DNA of 64,000 nucleotides from Chloroflexota bacterium (GCA_965261345.1 OZ253449.1:32001-96000); one strand, 5' to 3'. Positions 10,825-22,193 are shown, counted from the stretch's first letter. Notes: generated by a model from the letters alone, not told the origin. Made by a program: numbers and translations.

Positions 10825-11098
10825 TTTTAAAGACCTTTATCCGCCCGGGAGACACGGGCATGCGCGATGCCTTTCCCGGCGCGGACAAAGTCAGGTCAAC
10901 CGGTCGGGAGCGGCCATGTGCTTCCAGCGCTTCAGAGTGCCTTTCCTGGACCTGCGCCCCGATCGGTCTGGCCGCGATTGCAAAGCCCTGTGGAGAGTCC
11001 GCGCTTCGAGCAGCCAGTATAGGAACCGGCAGGCATCGCCCAAGACCTGTACCCGAACAACCCCTATCGCGCAACCAGACCCTGAGGAGGTCATCTCA

Positions 11099-12337
11099 AT
11101 GAACGATGAGCCCCGCGCCGTCGCCGGCGTGGACTGGGCCACCGGCAGCCACCAGGTCTGCGTCGTAGACGCTGGCGGCAAGGAACTGGGTAACCGCAGC
11201 TTCCCGCACTCGGGTCAGGGCCTGACGGCGATGGCCGACTGGATCCTGGAGCTGGCGGCGACAGATCCGCAATATGTGTTAGTCGGCATCGAGACCCCGC
11301 ACGGGCCGGTGGTGGAGACGCTGCAGGGCCGCGGCTTCCGGGTCTTTGCCATCAGCCCGCGGCAACTGGACCGGTTCCGCGATCGCTACTTCCCTTCCGG
11401 GGCCAAGGACGACAGCCTGGACGCCCGCGTGCTGGCCGATGCCTTGCGCTCGGACCGCTACGCCTACCGTGAACTTACCCTGCCCGAACCGCGGGTGCTG
11501 GCGCTGCGCGAGCTATCGCGCAGCTCCGAGGAACTTACCAGAGAGCGGGTGCGCCTGCAGAACCGCCTGCGCAATCAGCTGTGGCGCTACTACCCGCAGA
11601 TCCTGGAACTGAGCGATGACGTTGCCGAGAACTGGATCATGGACCTGTGGGAGGCCGCGCCCACCCCGGATCGGGCCCGCCGGATCACCCGCGGGCGGAT
11701 CGAGAAGATCCTGAAGGGCAACCGCATCCGCCGCATCGATGCCGATCGGGTCCGGGAAGTGCTGGGGCAACCGGCGCTGGCGGTGGCCCCGGGTACGGCG
11801 GACGCCGCCGCGTCCGCGATCCGGATCACGATAGCGCGCCTGCGCCTTAGCGGGCGGCTGCTGAAGGAAGTTAACGCCGCGATCGATTCGCTGCTGGAAG
11901 GGTTCGACGAAGACCCCGAAGCGGGCGGGCAGCGCGACGCTAAGATCCTGCGCTCCATATCCGGAGTCGGCAGGACCGTCCTGGCCACGCTGCTCTCAGA
12001 GGCCCATGACCCGATCAGGCGACGGGATGTAGGAGCCCTGCGCGCGTTGAGCGGATCGGCGCCGGTGACAAAGCGTTCCGGCAAGGGGATTATCGTGGTG
12101 CGGAGGATGGCGGTGCACAACCGTGTGCGCAACGCCTGCCACTACATGGCGGGTACGGCCATCCAGCACGATAAGAAGAGCAGATTGCGCTACGACGCGC
12201 TGCGCGCGCGCGGCTGCTCGCACTCGCGGGCGCTGCGCACGGTGGCCGATCGCCTACTGGCGATGGCCTGTGCGATGCTGCGCGATCAGACCCTGTACGA
12301 CCCTCTGCACACTACCCGTGGCAGGGAGGTGGCCTAA
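11099..12337 (+). CDS. IS110-family transposase 2 (probable start MNDEPR)
   Basis: GVDWA, GIETPHG, GAKDDSLDA, SGSAPVTKRSG; GAGGAGG RBS; TTGACA near the right end (~12515). Confidence 0.92.
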   Translation: MNDEPRAVAGVDWATGSHQVCVVDAGGKELGNRSFPHSGQGLTAMADWILELAATDPQYVLVGIETPHGPVVETLQGRGFRVFAISPRQLDRFRDRYFPSGAKDDSLDARVLADALRSDRYAYRELTLPEPRVLALRELSRSSEELTRERVRLQNRLRNQLWRYYPQILELSDDVAENWIMDLWEAAPTPDRARRITRGRIEKILKGNRIRRIDADRVREVLGQPALAVAPGTADAAASAIRITIARLRLSGRLLKEVNAAIDSLLEGFDEDPEAGGQRDAKILRSISGVGRTVLATLLSEAHDPIRRRDVGALRALSGSAPVTKRSGKGIIVVRRMAVHNRVRNACHYMAGTAIQHDKKSRLRYDALRARGCSHSRALRTVADRLLAMACAMLRDQTLYDPLHTTRGREVA

Positions 12338-12533
12338 GCAATGCCCTGGGGATGGCCGGATCGGCAAGATCGCGGCGGCCGAAGGCGTGGCGACGTGGCC
12401 CGAATGCGGGAATGCCCACGGTTGACCGACCGCATCCGGGGGCCGGAGTTGGGGTCAAACGTTTCCCCTTCCGCTTCCCCTGCACCCCCTTCTCCATCCC
12501 CATCCAAATTGGACTTGACAAATCGTAGAGAGT

Positions 12534-14457
12534 CGAACAGCCAGGCAAACTGGAGTATGGACGCGGGTGAAAGTCCCGCTGGCAAAGGGCTGGCCGCCCA
12601 TGCCGAACCGCGAGCCGTGCGCAGGCCGTCGCGAGACGGTCGGTGAAGCGTCGGTAGCGGGGCATGCGGGCCGGGCTATCGAGCGCCGAAATACCGGTTC
12701 GGAGCGCCGAGACCGTGATTCTGGTCGAAGGCAACACCGACAGCGGCGATATTGGCAAGTCGCTGATCTGGGCTCCGCGGCGTCGAAGAACTCGCGCACG
12801 TATGCACGTCCATCCCCGGGACCTGGGAGACCTGTCCAGCGCCCCAACGCACTCGCAGCATTGGGGCCGCATCGGGAAGGAAGGAGTTTCGCAATCCGAT
12901 GATGCACGCCGGACAGAAGTCTGATGCGGCCATAGTACCTGCGAAGGCGGCGAACAATGGGGCGTAAAACCCCGGCGGAGCCGCCGGAGGAAAGGGCCGC
13001 AAGCAAGAGGAACGCGCCAGGCACCGGCACGGACTACACCCAGGGGTGGGTTCCCGTGTCACCCGGAGCCGAACGCGTACGGCAACACGCCAAAGAGAAC
13101 CCAGAGGAGAAACTCACCGCGCTCTTACACCACATAGACCTTGACGCGCTAAGGGATGCGTTCTACGGGCTAAAACCCAATGCCGCTCCCGGCGCCGACG
13201 GGATCACGTGGAGGATGTACGAGGAAAACCTGGAAGAGAAACTTCTCGACCTTAAAGACCGCGTGCACAAAGGAGCATACCGAGCGACCCCCGTCCTGCG
13301 GGTAGCGATACCCAAACCGGACGGCGGGAAGCGAGCGCTTGGAATCGCATCCATAGAGGACAAGATCCTGCAGCGGGCGGTGTGTCAACAGATCCTTGAC
13401 CCGATCTATGAATCGGAGTTCGCCGGGTTCGCATACGGGTTCCGGCCAAAAAGATCAGCGCACGACGCGCTGGACGCCCTGGCCTACGCCATCGAACGGA
13501 GAAAAGTCAACTGGATTCTTGACGCCGACATAAAAGGCTTCTTCGACCATCTCGACCGCGAGCGACTCATCTCGTTCCTGGGAGAGCGAATCGGAGACAA
13601 CCGCGTCCTGCGCCTAATCCGCAAATGGCTGAGCACCGGAGTAATGGAAGCCGGAGAACTATCCGACAGCGTGCAGGGAACACCGCAAGGGGCGCCGATA
13701 TCGCCGCTGCTTGCCAACGTGTACCTGCACAAAGTCCTGGACTCATGGTTTGCCAAGGAATGGCGACCCAAAAGCGCCAGCGGCGAGGTCTACATCGTCA
13801 GGTATGCCGATGACTTCGTCCTGGGATTTGAGTACCGCAGCGATGCGGTCAGATTTGCAAAGGATTTGCGAGACAGGCTAGAAGAGTACGGATTAGAGCT
13901 TGCAGCCCACAAGACCCGCCTGATCGAGTTCGGCAGATACGCGATCGAGAATCGCCGCCAGCGTAACGACAGCCGTCCGGAGACTTTTGACTTCCTCGGC
14001 CTAACGCATTACTGCCGGACGATGAGCAACGGAAAGTTCGGACTGGGACGCAAGCCCATCGCCAAGCGCGTCAGACGCACCCTGAAGGCGATCAAGGAAC
14101 GACTACGCATGCGCATGCACGACGATCCCGCGCAGACCGGGCAATGGCTCGGGTTGGTGCTGCGGGGCTGGCTCGGCTATTACGCCGTCCCAACCAGCTC
14201 CACGTACCTGAGGAGTTTCAAATATGAACTCGAGCGCCAGTGGTTACGCAGCCTGCGCCGCCGGTCGCAGCATGATCGATTCCCATGGGGGCGCCTGCGC
14301 GCATTGAGCACTGCCCATCTCCCAACCGTCTCCATCCTCCACCCATGGCCCGCCGACCGTTTTGCCGTCAAACACTCAAGCTAAGAGCCCGGTGCGTTAA
14401 CGCGCATGCCGGGATCCGTGCGGGGGGCACCGGGTAACCGGTGTTCCTACCGCGAAC
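12534..14457 (+). mobile_element. Group II intron (5' end missing, replaced by IS110 end)
   Basis: GGGTGAAAGTCCC and other domain I-III motifs; domain V/VI GAGCCCGGTGCG..GCATGCCGGGATCCGTGCGGGGG..CCTACCGCGAAC. Confidence 0.85.
12957..14384 (+). CDS. ltrA: Group II intron reverse transcriptase/maturase (no endonuclease domain)
   Basis: APGADG, PKPDGGKRALGI, YGFRP, GTPQG, YADD, FDFLG. Confidence 0.95.
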   Translation: MGRKTPAEPPEERAASKRNAPGTGTDYTQGWVPVSPGAERVRQHAKENPEEKLTALLHHIDLDALRDAFYGLKPNAAPGADGITWRMYEENLEEKLLDLKDRVHKGAYRATPVLRVAIPKPDGGKRALGIASIEDKILQRAVCQQILDPIYESEFAGFAYGFRPKRSAHDALDALAYAIERRKVNWILDADIKGFFDHLDRERLISFLGERIGDNRVLRLIRKWLSTGVMEAGELSDSVQGTPQGAPISPLLANVYLHKVLDSWFAKEWRPKSASGEVYIVRYADDFVLGFEYRSDAVRFAKDLRDRLEEYGLELAAHKTRLIEFGRYAIENRRQRNDSRPETFDFLGLTHYCRTMSNGKFGLGRKPIAKRVRRTLKAIKERLRMRMHDDPAQTGQWLGLVLRGWLGYYAVPTSSTYLRSFKYELERQWLRSLRRRSQHDRFPWGRLRALSTAHLPTVSILHPWPADRFAVKHSS

Positions 14458-14651
14458 ACCGATTGGTGGCCGTGATCGCCTGATTTCGGGTATCTGCAAG
14501 CGTTCGGCTTTTGCCGAACCCGCAGATCCCGGTTCACGCGACCGCCGCGGGCGGTTGCCGCCGCCGCCGACCCCGCAATCCGTCCCTCGGCCCCAGCTGA
14601 CGCAGGGATCTTTGCCGGACCTGCGGCCCGCTCGCGGCCGCAGCGCGCCGG

Positions 14652-16007
14652 TCAGGTCGGGACGGGCAGCGTCCGCGCCCGGGCAAGCAGGCCTTCGAAC
14701 CGGTTCGCCCAGGGCCAGAAGGCCGGCAGGTGCAGGGTCGATATCCGGCCCGAACGGGTTATCCGCCCCGGCATCGCATACAGGCGGCGGCGGCGGGTTG
14801 CGGCGGTTGCAACCGCCGGGCGCTGCGCCGCCGGATCGGCCGCCATGCCGACCCGCTCCTGCCAGCGGCAGAGGTTGTGGGCGAGCGCCTGAACCCACAG
14901 CCAGGCGGCGTTGGCGGCAAAGTTCCCCGAAGGGAAGTGGTTCAGACCCATCCCGTACTTGAGGTCCTTGATGTGGTTCTCGATCGCGGCGTGGCGGCGG
15001 TGGTCGGACTCCAGTTCGAGCATGTCGCCGCCGCGGTCGGTTATGAAGGGGTGGTAGCTGTAGTCGGCCAGCAGCGCCAGCTGCGATCCCGGGGCGGGCC
15101 GCACCCTCCTTACGATCAGACGCAGGGCCGTGTCGTTGCCGCGGCTGCGGAACGGGACGTACGGTATCTCGGCCACGTCGGCATACCCTTCCCGCCAGTA
15201 CGGTATCGGGGTCCAGTCGGCCTCCGCTATCCGGGCAAGCCTGGAGCGCATGCCCGCATGCTGGCGGGCGCTGATCGAGAAGCGCGCCCCGAGCTTGCGG
15301 CAGGCGCTGTAGAGGTCGTAGTTGTAGAAGCCCGAGTCGGCGCGCACCGTCAACTGCCCGCTCGCCCCGGCCGCGCGCACCCGCGCGATCGTTTCGGTGA
15401 GAAAGTGCGCCGATCCGCGGCCGGGGTTGGAGCTTCCCGCACGCAGGCGGGCGAAGAGCACGTCGCCCGTGCCGGCGGCTGTCGCCAGCAGCGGGTGGAA
15501 GCCCTTGCGGCCGTCGTAGGCCCGGTTCCCGCCCTGCTTTTGGAGCCCGAAGGTCTGGCAGATGGTCGAGTCCAGGTCTATGGTCAGGGGGTCATCGCCC
15601 GGACCGGCGCCGGCCCTGAAGGCGCGCCGCAGCAGCTGGCGCGATAGACCGTCCAATTGCCGCACGTTGCCCCAGTTGAGGTTGCGCAGGAAGGTTCCGA
15701 GGGTGGAGGGGGCCTTGACCTTAAATCCCAGGACCCGCGCGCTGCCGCCGGAGCGGAGCGCGTCGGCGTCGTCAATGCAGTCTCCCCCGACAAGGGCGGA
15801 GGCGGTAAGGGTCAGGAGCTTGTCGGCGACGTTGCCGGTTCCCGGACCGCGCCGCGGACGGACGTGCACGGCGGCCAACTGCGCAAACCCCAGGTTCCGG
15901 AGCACGGTCAGCGGGCCGATCAAGCCGGCGTTGGCCACCAGGCGGTGGTCGTCGAAGGCGATCCGGAGGCGGTCGGGGTGCAGGCCGGCGGTTGTACAAT
16001 GCTGCAT
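14652..16007 (-). CDS. IS1380-family transposase C, intact
   Basis: LVANAGL, TIDLDST, RADSGF, HRRHAAIENHIKDLKYG; left end CCTAAGCGGGGATCCACCG near 16133. Confidence 0.9.
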   Translation of the reverse strand: MQHCTTAGLHPDRLRIAFDDHRLVANAGLIGPLTVLRNLGFAQLAAVHVRPRRGPGTGNVADKLLTLTASALVGGDCIDDADALRSGGSARVLGFKVKAPSTLGTFLRNLNWGNVRQLDGLSRQLLRRAFRAGAGPGDDPLTIDLDSTICQTFGLQKQGGNRAYDGRKGFHPLLATAAGTGDVLFARLRAGSSNPGRGSAHFLTETIARVRAAGASGQLTVRADSGFYNYDLYSACRKLGARFSISARQHAGMRSRLARIAEADWTPIPYWREGYADVAEIPYVPFRSRGNDTALRLIVRRVRPAPGSQLALLADYSYHPFITDRGGDMLELESDHRRHAAIENHIKDLKYGMGLNHFPSGNFAANAAWLWVQALAHNLCRWQERVGMAADPAAQRPAVATAATRRRRLYAMPGRITRSGRISTLHLPAFWPWANRFEGLLARARTLPVPT

Positions 16008-16133
16008 CTAAAAAGTGCTCGCCTGTTACTGGGTTTTTCGTTCTAGACAAACCGATTCTCCCAGCTACGAGAGAGCACTTTTTGCTATTTGAAGGCGGGG
16101 TTGATCAGAAAAAAGCGGTGGATCCCCGCTTAG

Positions 16134-16932
16134 GCGTTCGGGCTGGAAGGTGAACCGCAAACGGGCCCTTCGCATCTGGCGCCGGGAGGGACTGAAGATC
16201 CCGATCCGGAAGGTCAAGAAGTCGCGCCTCTGGCTGGAGAACGGACACTCTACGCGCCTTATCGCCGAGCGCCGCAACCACATCTGGTGCTATGACTTGG
16301 CCTACGAGCGCACCGAGGACGGCAGGCCGATCAGGATCCTTACCGTCACCGACGAGTACACCCGCCGCCTGGCCCGGGCCGCCCGCGCGTTCACGTCGCT
16401 GGACGTGATCGAGGTAATGGGCGACCTCATGCTGATCCACGGAGTATCAGAACATATCCGCTTCCACAACGGCCCCGAATTCATCGCCAAATCGATAAGG
16501 CAATGGCTATCGGCCAGCGGGGTCGCGACCGTCTACATCAAACCCGGCGCGGCCTGGGAGAACGCCTACGCCGAATCATTTATCTCCAGGGTCCGGGACG
16601 AGCTCTCAGATCGCGAGATCTTCTTCACTCTCAAGGAGGCGCAGGTGATGCTGGAACGCTTCCGGATCGACTACAACAGCGTGCGTCCGCACTCGGCGTT
16701 GGGTTACTTGACGCCTCTGGAAGCAATCGAGCCGGCGGCGTGATGGATCATCTGCCGATTGCCGTCTGCCTGCTGCTGGCCGGCCTGATCGTGACTCCGG
16801 TGATCGCGCATTGCCGCGCTGCGGCCGTCCGCAATTTCAGCCTCGTCACCAGCTCTCCTGCAGGAGAGCTGGTGACGCCCACCCACAAGACAATGTCTCA
16901 ATCCAACTGGTATCAAAACCGGGGACCTGCCA
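16134..16932 (+). mobile_element. IS3-family remnant (orfB integrase core 16150-16743, right IR ending CA)
   Basis: VNRKRALRIWRREGL, WCYD, DEYTR, NGPEF, WENAYAES, YNSVRPHSALGY. Confidence 0.85.
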
Positions 16933-17200
16933 ACCGCTGCGCCGTGGACGGATATGACTCGCCCAGCTCCAATCAACCGAGCTATCGCGAGCTTCTCTGG
17001 GTGTGATTCGAACACTTCGTCTGAACTGATCGAAGTGCCGAAGGGCGCCTTGGTTTCCCTCAGCGGGGGCGAATCCCTCCTGCCGGCGGCAGCGTACGAC
17101 CGCAAATGAATGCCCGCCCACCAGATGCAATTAATTTTCCGATAGCACCCAATCGAAGGGGCGTAAGCCGACCTCGAATGATTGTGACGGGCTTGGTCAA

Positions 17201-17533
17201 ATGGCGATTGCGAGTGGCAAAATTGTCATGAAGTTCCAGACCAGCTCGGTACCTGGGGGCCTCACACTGCGTCTGTATTCGTTCACCATGCCCAGCATGG
17301 ATGACGCCGAGTTTATCGCCTACGGCACCGAAGAAGAGTGGAAGATTCTGCAGCTCTCGGTCTACCAGTTGCGCGAGGACGCGGCCCCGTTGCGTCGGCC
17401 CTGGCTGTTTCCGCACATGACCAAGTTCGGCCCACCGCTCACCGAGGTGACCAGGCGCTCGAACTGGAGCAAGGACCGTGGCGAGGTGGAATTCGGCCGG
17501 CTGCCGGTCAAGATTACAAAGTTCGCGTTCTGA
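17201..17533 (+). CDS. Hypothetical protein
   Basis: 110-aa ORF with protein-like composition. Confidence 0.45.
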   Translation: MAIASGKIVMKFQTSSVPGGLTLRLYSFTMPSMDDAEFIAYGTEEEWKILQLSVYQLREDAAPLRRPWLFPHMTKFGPPLTEVTRRSNWSKDRGEVEFGRLPVKITKFAF

Positions 17534-17605
17534 GTTTTGGTGGTTGGTTCGGAAGTTGATCTCGCCACACCACCCGGAAGCCTATTGCTCGCCGTCTAGG
17601 TTCAG

Positions 17606-18319
17606 TTGGTCAATCGAATTGAAGGCAAGCAGTTGATTCGCTTGATTTGCTGGAACATGCAGCACAAGCGGGCCAGTTGGCAGTACTTGAGCGAGGACCG
17701 GGGAGACGTTGCCGTCGCTTTGTTGCAGGAGGCTTGCACGCCTCCTCCGGAAGTGGCGGCCGGTCTCGATGTGGGCATCGGTCCATGGGCGCACAAAGGA
17801 TGGAGCGGAGCGCGCGCGGTTATAGGTCTCTCGGATCAGGTCAGCATCGAGCGCATTCCAGTGGAAGAAATCATTGCAGCGGAGACGAACTCTGCTATCG
17901 ACTCACCTGCCAGGGTGGCTGTCGCGGTCGGGAAATTGGAAGGCAACGAGCAAATCGGACTCATATCCGTCGAATCGGCGGGCGAATCTACCGAGCGCAT
18001 TCCAGAAATGATGCTTGAAATCCAGCGGTTCTGTGGGATTGATCTGCCCTACATCGTCGGTGCTGATCTGACAACATCGTGGGACAGTGACACAAAGGTG
18101 TTCGGAGAAATGATGCGCATCGGGCTTCCCTTAATCGGACCGCACGCATCAACTTATTTCAATCCTGGTTTACGACAAAGTCGCTCTGACGCCAGCCTCC
18201 AGCTCGACTATGTGTTTGCGTCCCGATCGATTGCCAATCGGCTTTCAGTACATGCCCTAAACGATGCAGCTTGTTGGGGTCCCAGCGACCACTGCCAAAT
18301 CGCAATCGAATTGCAGTAA
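17606..18319 (+). CDS. Endonuclease/exonuclease/phosphatase family protein
   Basis: CWN, LLQE, GADL, LDYVF, SDH motifs. Confidence 0.8.
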   Translation: MVNRIEGKQLIRLICWNMQHKRASWQYLSEDRGDVAVALLQEACTPPPEVAAGLDVGIGPWAHKGWSGARAVIGLSDQVSIERIPVEEIIAAETNSAIDSPARVAVAVGKLEGNEQIGLISVESAGESTERIPEMMLEIQRFCGIDLPYIVGADLTTSWDSDTKVFGEMMRIGLPLIGPHASTYFNPGLRQSRSDASLQLDYVFASRSIANRLSVHALNDAACWGPSDHCQIAIELQ

Positions 18320-18610
18320 TCGTTGCAGGATGGCAACTACCACCGCCGTCCATCAATTTGATGGTTTTAAACCTCAACCGCGCGCGTCGGTCTGCTGGCA
18401 AGTCAGTCCGAAATCAAATGCCTGCGTGGCCTGAATTCGAATTCACGTCAGCCGAACCACCTCTGGCCCCAATGCATGGCGATCAACGGCAACGCCAATT
18501 GAAGAACAGCAACGCGTGTACTGCGACGGTGGCGTCGACTGGCCAATTCCCGCTGAACGGGGGGATGAGCTGGTGGGACGATCCCGCTCTTCCTCAATCT
18601 GCCCCACTCA

Positions 18611-19223
18611 TTGCCGCGCGCAAATACTCCACGCCTGATCGAAAAGGAAACGGCACGCATGCGAGACGCAGTAAACGGTCAACAAGTACGGGACACGCTC
18701 ATGCGGCGCTACGAATCCGCGCTCCTGGACAACGTCTACCGCGGTGATTATGTCGAGTGCTTGGTCGCGCTATCGCTCGGAATTGGTTGGGAACTTACCT
18801 GGGTTAGCGGGTGGGATTGGGCCGCTTGGGACATTGAGCACGAGTCCGGCGCCCGGATCGAAGTGAAACAGTCCGCGGCCAGACAGCGCTGGGATCGAAC
18901 GCTGGAGGCGCCGATCCGTCGCCCTCGATTTGATATCGCCCCCCCGCGAAGGATTCTGGCCTAGAGATGGTAGCGCTTGGATGCAATTCCAAGAGCCGTC
19001 ACGGCCTGCCGATATATACGTGTTGGCGTGGCACGGTGAGCGCCAGAACAAATTGGCAAACCACTGTGATCCTTTGCAGTGGCAATTTTTTGTCGTACCT
19101 GAGAAACGTTTGCCGAAATCGCAAAAATCCATCGGCTTGGCTGGGATCGAGCGAATCGCTCCGTCGTGTCGAATCAACGAACTCCGAGATTCGGTGATGG
19201 CCGTGTGGCCCCAAATTGGATGA
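18611..19223 (+). pseudogene. PD-(D/E)xK-like hypothetical nuclease, frameshifted near 18940
   Basis: WDIEHESGARIEVKQS; continues in a second frame; paralog at 41584-42180. Confidence 0.6.
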
Positions 19224-19332
19224 TCTCAAAGCGCAATCCCTTTTGAACCGCGACCTGATTCGCCGCCCAGCGTAGAGTCGTCCTTTGCGCCAAGGAACCT
19301 AGGCTGCTGAATCGGGGGCCGAAAGCGAGTCG

Positions 19333-19360
19333 GTCCAATATATTGAGTAATATGTCTACC
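19333..19360 (+). other. dif-like (XerC/XerD) site, left boundary of module copy 1
   Basis: GTCCAATATAT-TGAGTA-ATATGTCTACC. Confidence 0.6.
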
Positions 19361-19661
19361 GGCAGCGATTGAATCCGCGGACGAGGGTGTTTTTCCTGAG
19401 GGGATTTGGGTCATTACTTCTACGACCCAATTGCATGCCAATGCAGCTTAATGCGCCGTTTGGTTAGTTCTCGGGGAAGACTTTTTAAGGGAGGATAACT
19501 GCCGCAGAATTCCAGAAACGGCCGTTTGACCCGGCGGCGGCGGCCGGTGCAATCAATACCGATGCCACCGCCAACATTCCGCCGGCGACCGCTACTGGAA
19601 TTGGTGCACCCAATGTTGGACCCAAACTATTGCCAAGAATAGATTCGCGAATTCGCGCCTA

Positions 19662-21419
19662 ATGCAAGAGAACTTCGGTGCAATCTCAGCGCGGTCGGTA
19701 CTCGCCTGGGCTGGTCCATTGAATTACAGGCTCGGACGGTACATCGCTGCGGCAGGGGAGATATTTGATTGCCGCCGCGACGGCGCATCAATCGTAGCGT
19801 TCTGTCAGGAGATTTCGCCGCCGCCTTGGCGGGTTCAGGCGAAATTACACGGTGGCGACGTAGAAGCAGCCTCGTGCACCTGCGCGGGTGGGGCATCGGG
19901 TCGCTGCCCTCACGTTGTGGCAGTTCTGCTCGCCTTCCAATCGGACCCTGGGCGATTCGAAGCAACAAACACCCGTGATTTCGCCCTTGAGAGCCAAAGC
20001 AAATCCGAACTGATCGAAATCATCCATCGATTGCTCTCGCTACGGCCAAGCCCCCAAGATCGCCTGCAAACGTACCCGGCGTCAGTGGCCCAGGAGAACG
20101 GCCCGACCGATCTGCCGACTTTGCGGCGATACGCTTCGTACGCATTCATGGTTCGTGATTGCGAATACGAAACTGCAATCAGAGTGGCGGACGATCTTGA
20201 AAGATCGCTCAAGACTGGCAACGATTCCCTCGCGGACGGAGGCTACCAAAAAGCACACATCATTTTTTTGGCCGTGGTGCTTGCGATCCTCGATTATTCG
20301 GAGGTGGTTACGGTCCTGGTAAATCAAGACGATGGCGAGTTATTGGCAGTCCTGAAGCATGCCATCGCAAGCCTCGCGGACGGATTGATCGGCCATGAAA
20401 GCGATGCAGCCACAAGAAAAAAGGCCCTGGGAACGCTGTTCGATGCACACATGGAGGATCTCAATTACGGCGGCAGTATGTTCAGCGGCAAAGCGGGGGA
20501 GATGATTGTTGAACACGCCACCGAAGTCGAAAGGGCATCGCTAGTCGCCTGGATTCGGGGCGGAATGCCTACGGGCCAAACATGGCCGGATCACGTGCGG
20601 CGACAGTTGCGCGGCAGATTCTTGTTGGAAGTTGGCCAAAGGGACTTGGACGAGGAATCCGCACTCCAAATCTGCCGGGAATGCGGATTAGCGGCTGAAC
20701 TTACCGATCGCCTGCTGTCGTCGGGAAGATTTGAGGACGCCCTTGATGAGATCGGGAGCGTGTGGGAGTCTGATTTGCCGGAAATTGGCGAGGCTTTTCG
20801 TCGCCACGGATATGCAGACATCATCCTGCCCTGGTTGGACGAACGCTTCAAGACGCGCCGGGATCGCAAGCTCGCCGAATGGCTAAAGCGAATGCACCTC
20901 GATCGTGCGGAGTATGGGGCGGCATTGCCGATGGCGGAATTTTTGTTTGAAGGCGATCCTGGAGTCGCAGAATATCTGGAATTTCGCGACCTGGCAGTAA
21001 AGGCCGGGAAATGGGACCGGAACCGGCCGCGGGCGCTGATCAAGTTCATGTCCGCTGCCGATGTAGACCTACTTGCGGACGTTTACTTTGAAGCGGGCGA
21101 GTTCGAATCATCGGTCGAGTTAGCCGCACACTGGGACGTTGGGGATTGGTACCTGGAACGCCTAAACCAGGTAGTGGAAGAATTCGCCGAATCCAATCCC
21201 GGGCAATCGGCAGCGAATTTCCGCCGCTTGGCCGAGATTTGCATTGAACGCCGTGGTCGCAAGAACTATCAAAAAGCCTGCAAGCTTCTGATAAGAGCGC
21301 GAGATCTCATGCTGCGGATGAAACTTGATTCCGATTGGCAAGAATTCATCGCTGAGTTGCGGCAGCGCAACGATTTCTTACCGGCGTTGCGGGACGAACT
21401 AGCCCGTTTTGGGATATGA
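19662..21419 (+). CDS. SWIM zinc-finger domain protein, 585 aa
   Basis: SCTC...CPHVVAVLL; C-terminal RKNYQKA..RQRNDFLPALRDEL. Confidence 0.8.
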   Translation: MQENFGAISARSVLAWAGPLNYRLGRYIAAAGEIFDCRRDGASIVAFCQEISPPPWRVQAKLHGGDVEAASCTCAGGASGRCPHVVAVLLAFQSDPGRFEATNTRDFALESQSKSELIEIIHRLLSLRPSPQDRLQTYPASVAQENGPTDLPTLRRYASYAFMVRDCEYETAIRVADDLERSLKTGNDSLADGGYQKAHIIFLAVVLAILDYSEVVTVLVNQDDGELLAVLKHAIASLADGLIGHESDAATRKKALGTLFDAHMEDLNYGGSMFSGKAGEMIVEHATEVERASLVAWIRGGMPTGQTWPDHVRRQLRGRFLLEVGQRDLDEESALQICRECGLAAELTDRLLSSGRFEDALDEIGSVWESDLPEIGEAFRRHGYADIILPWLDERFKTRRDRKLAEWLKRMHLDRAEYGAALPMAEFLFEGDPGVAEYLEFRDLAVKAGKWDRNRPRALIKFMSAADVDLLADVYFEAGEFESSVELAAHWDVGDWYLERLNQVVEEFAESNPGQSAANFRRLAEICIERRGRKNYQKACKLLIRARDLMLRMKLDSDWQEFIAELRQRNDFLPALRDELARFGI

Positions 21420-21598
21420 CGCATTTGTACTCGGCCAAGTGTTAGCGAACCTAAGGGCAGCTTGTTTGCGGGAAGGTGCGAATTCGGCTTGCGGTTACGA
21501 GAATCTCGAAAACAGAATTAGGGTGGTTGACGATTTGGGACAATCCTGCGAGTGTCAATCAACAATCGAATCCAATTCAGACATGAAAGCCTGTTGCA

Positions 21599-21883
21599 GT
21601 GATTCGCCCGGTCGAAGCTGAACCTCGGCCCAATTACCGGTTAAGGCTTAGGTACTCGAACGGTGCCGACGGCGAGGTGGATCTTTCGCACTTGGTCGGA
21701 ATCGGCGCGTTCAAAGCCTGGAACGACGAATCTCATTTTTTGAATGTGCGAATTACGTCTTACGGTGCGGTTGCATGGGCCAATGACATCGAGCTTTGTC
21801 CAGATGCGTTGTACTCGCAGCTGCCCGGCCGAACGCTGTCGGAGTTGACGCAAGGGGAGTCTGCGCCAGCACCTAGTGCCTGA
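21599..21883 (+). CDS. DUF2442 family antitoxin-like protein
   Basis: YRLRLRYSNG..EVDLS..GAVAWANDIELCPDALY. Confidence 0.85.
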   Translation: MIRPVEAEPRPNYRLRLRYSNGADGEVDLSHLVGIGAFKAWNDESHFLNVRITSYGAVAWANDIELCPDALYSQLPGRTLSELTQGESAPAPSA

Positions 21884-22110
21884 ACTCTCCAAGTTGTGCG
21901 ACGATTACAATCCGCCTCACTTCCATGCCGCGGACGGAGTTTGAGGCCGTATACCAACTCGGCTCATTGTCAATGCTGCGGGGACGCCTTCCGCTTCGGG
22001 CCGACAACCTCGTCCTGGAGTGGGCGGCCGGGAACCAAGCTGCCATTGAATCCGCTTGGCAAAGTGTTCAAGCCAACTAGCCGCCCGCAACGATTGGATG
22101 ACCAGAAGTG
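21877..22110 (+). pseudogene. DUF4160 toxin-like remnant
   Basis: PELSK..DYNPPHFHA with internal deletion and frameshift. Confidence 0.6.
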
Positions 22111-22193
22111 CAGCAACGGATTGGTGGTGCGATTGCCGAAGACCGTGCGTTTCCGTTGTAGTCTTGTACATCCAAGCGACGTACGATTACTTC

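Noticed and set aside
12957-14384. RT as retron, DGR or defence RT
   Set aside because: Has a maturase-type C-terminus and flanking group II intron domains V/VI.
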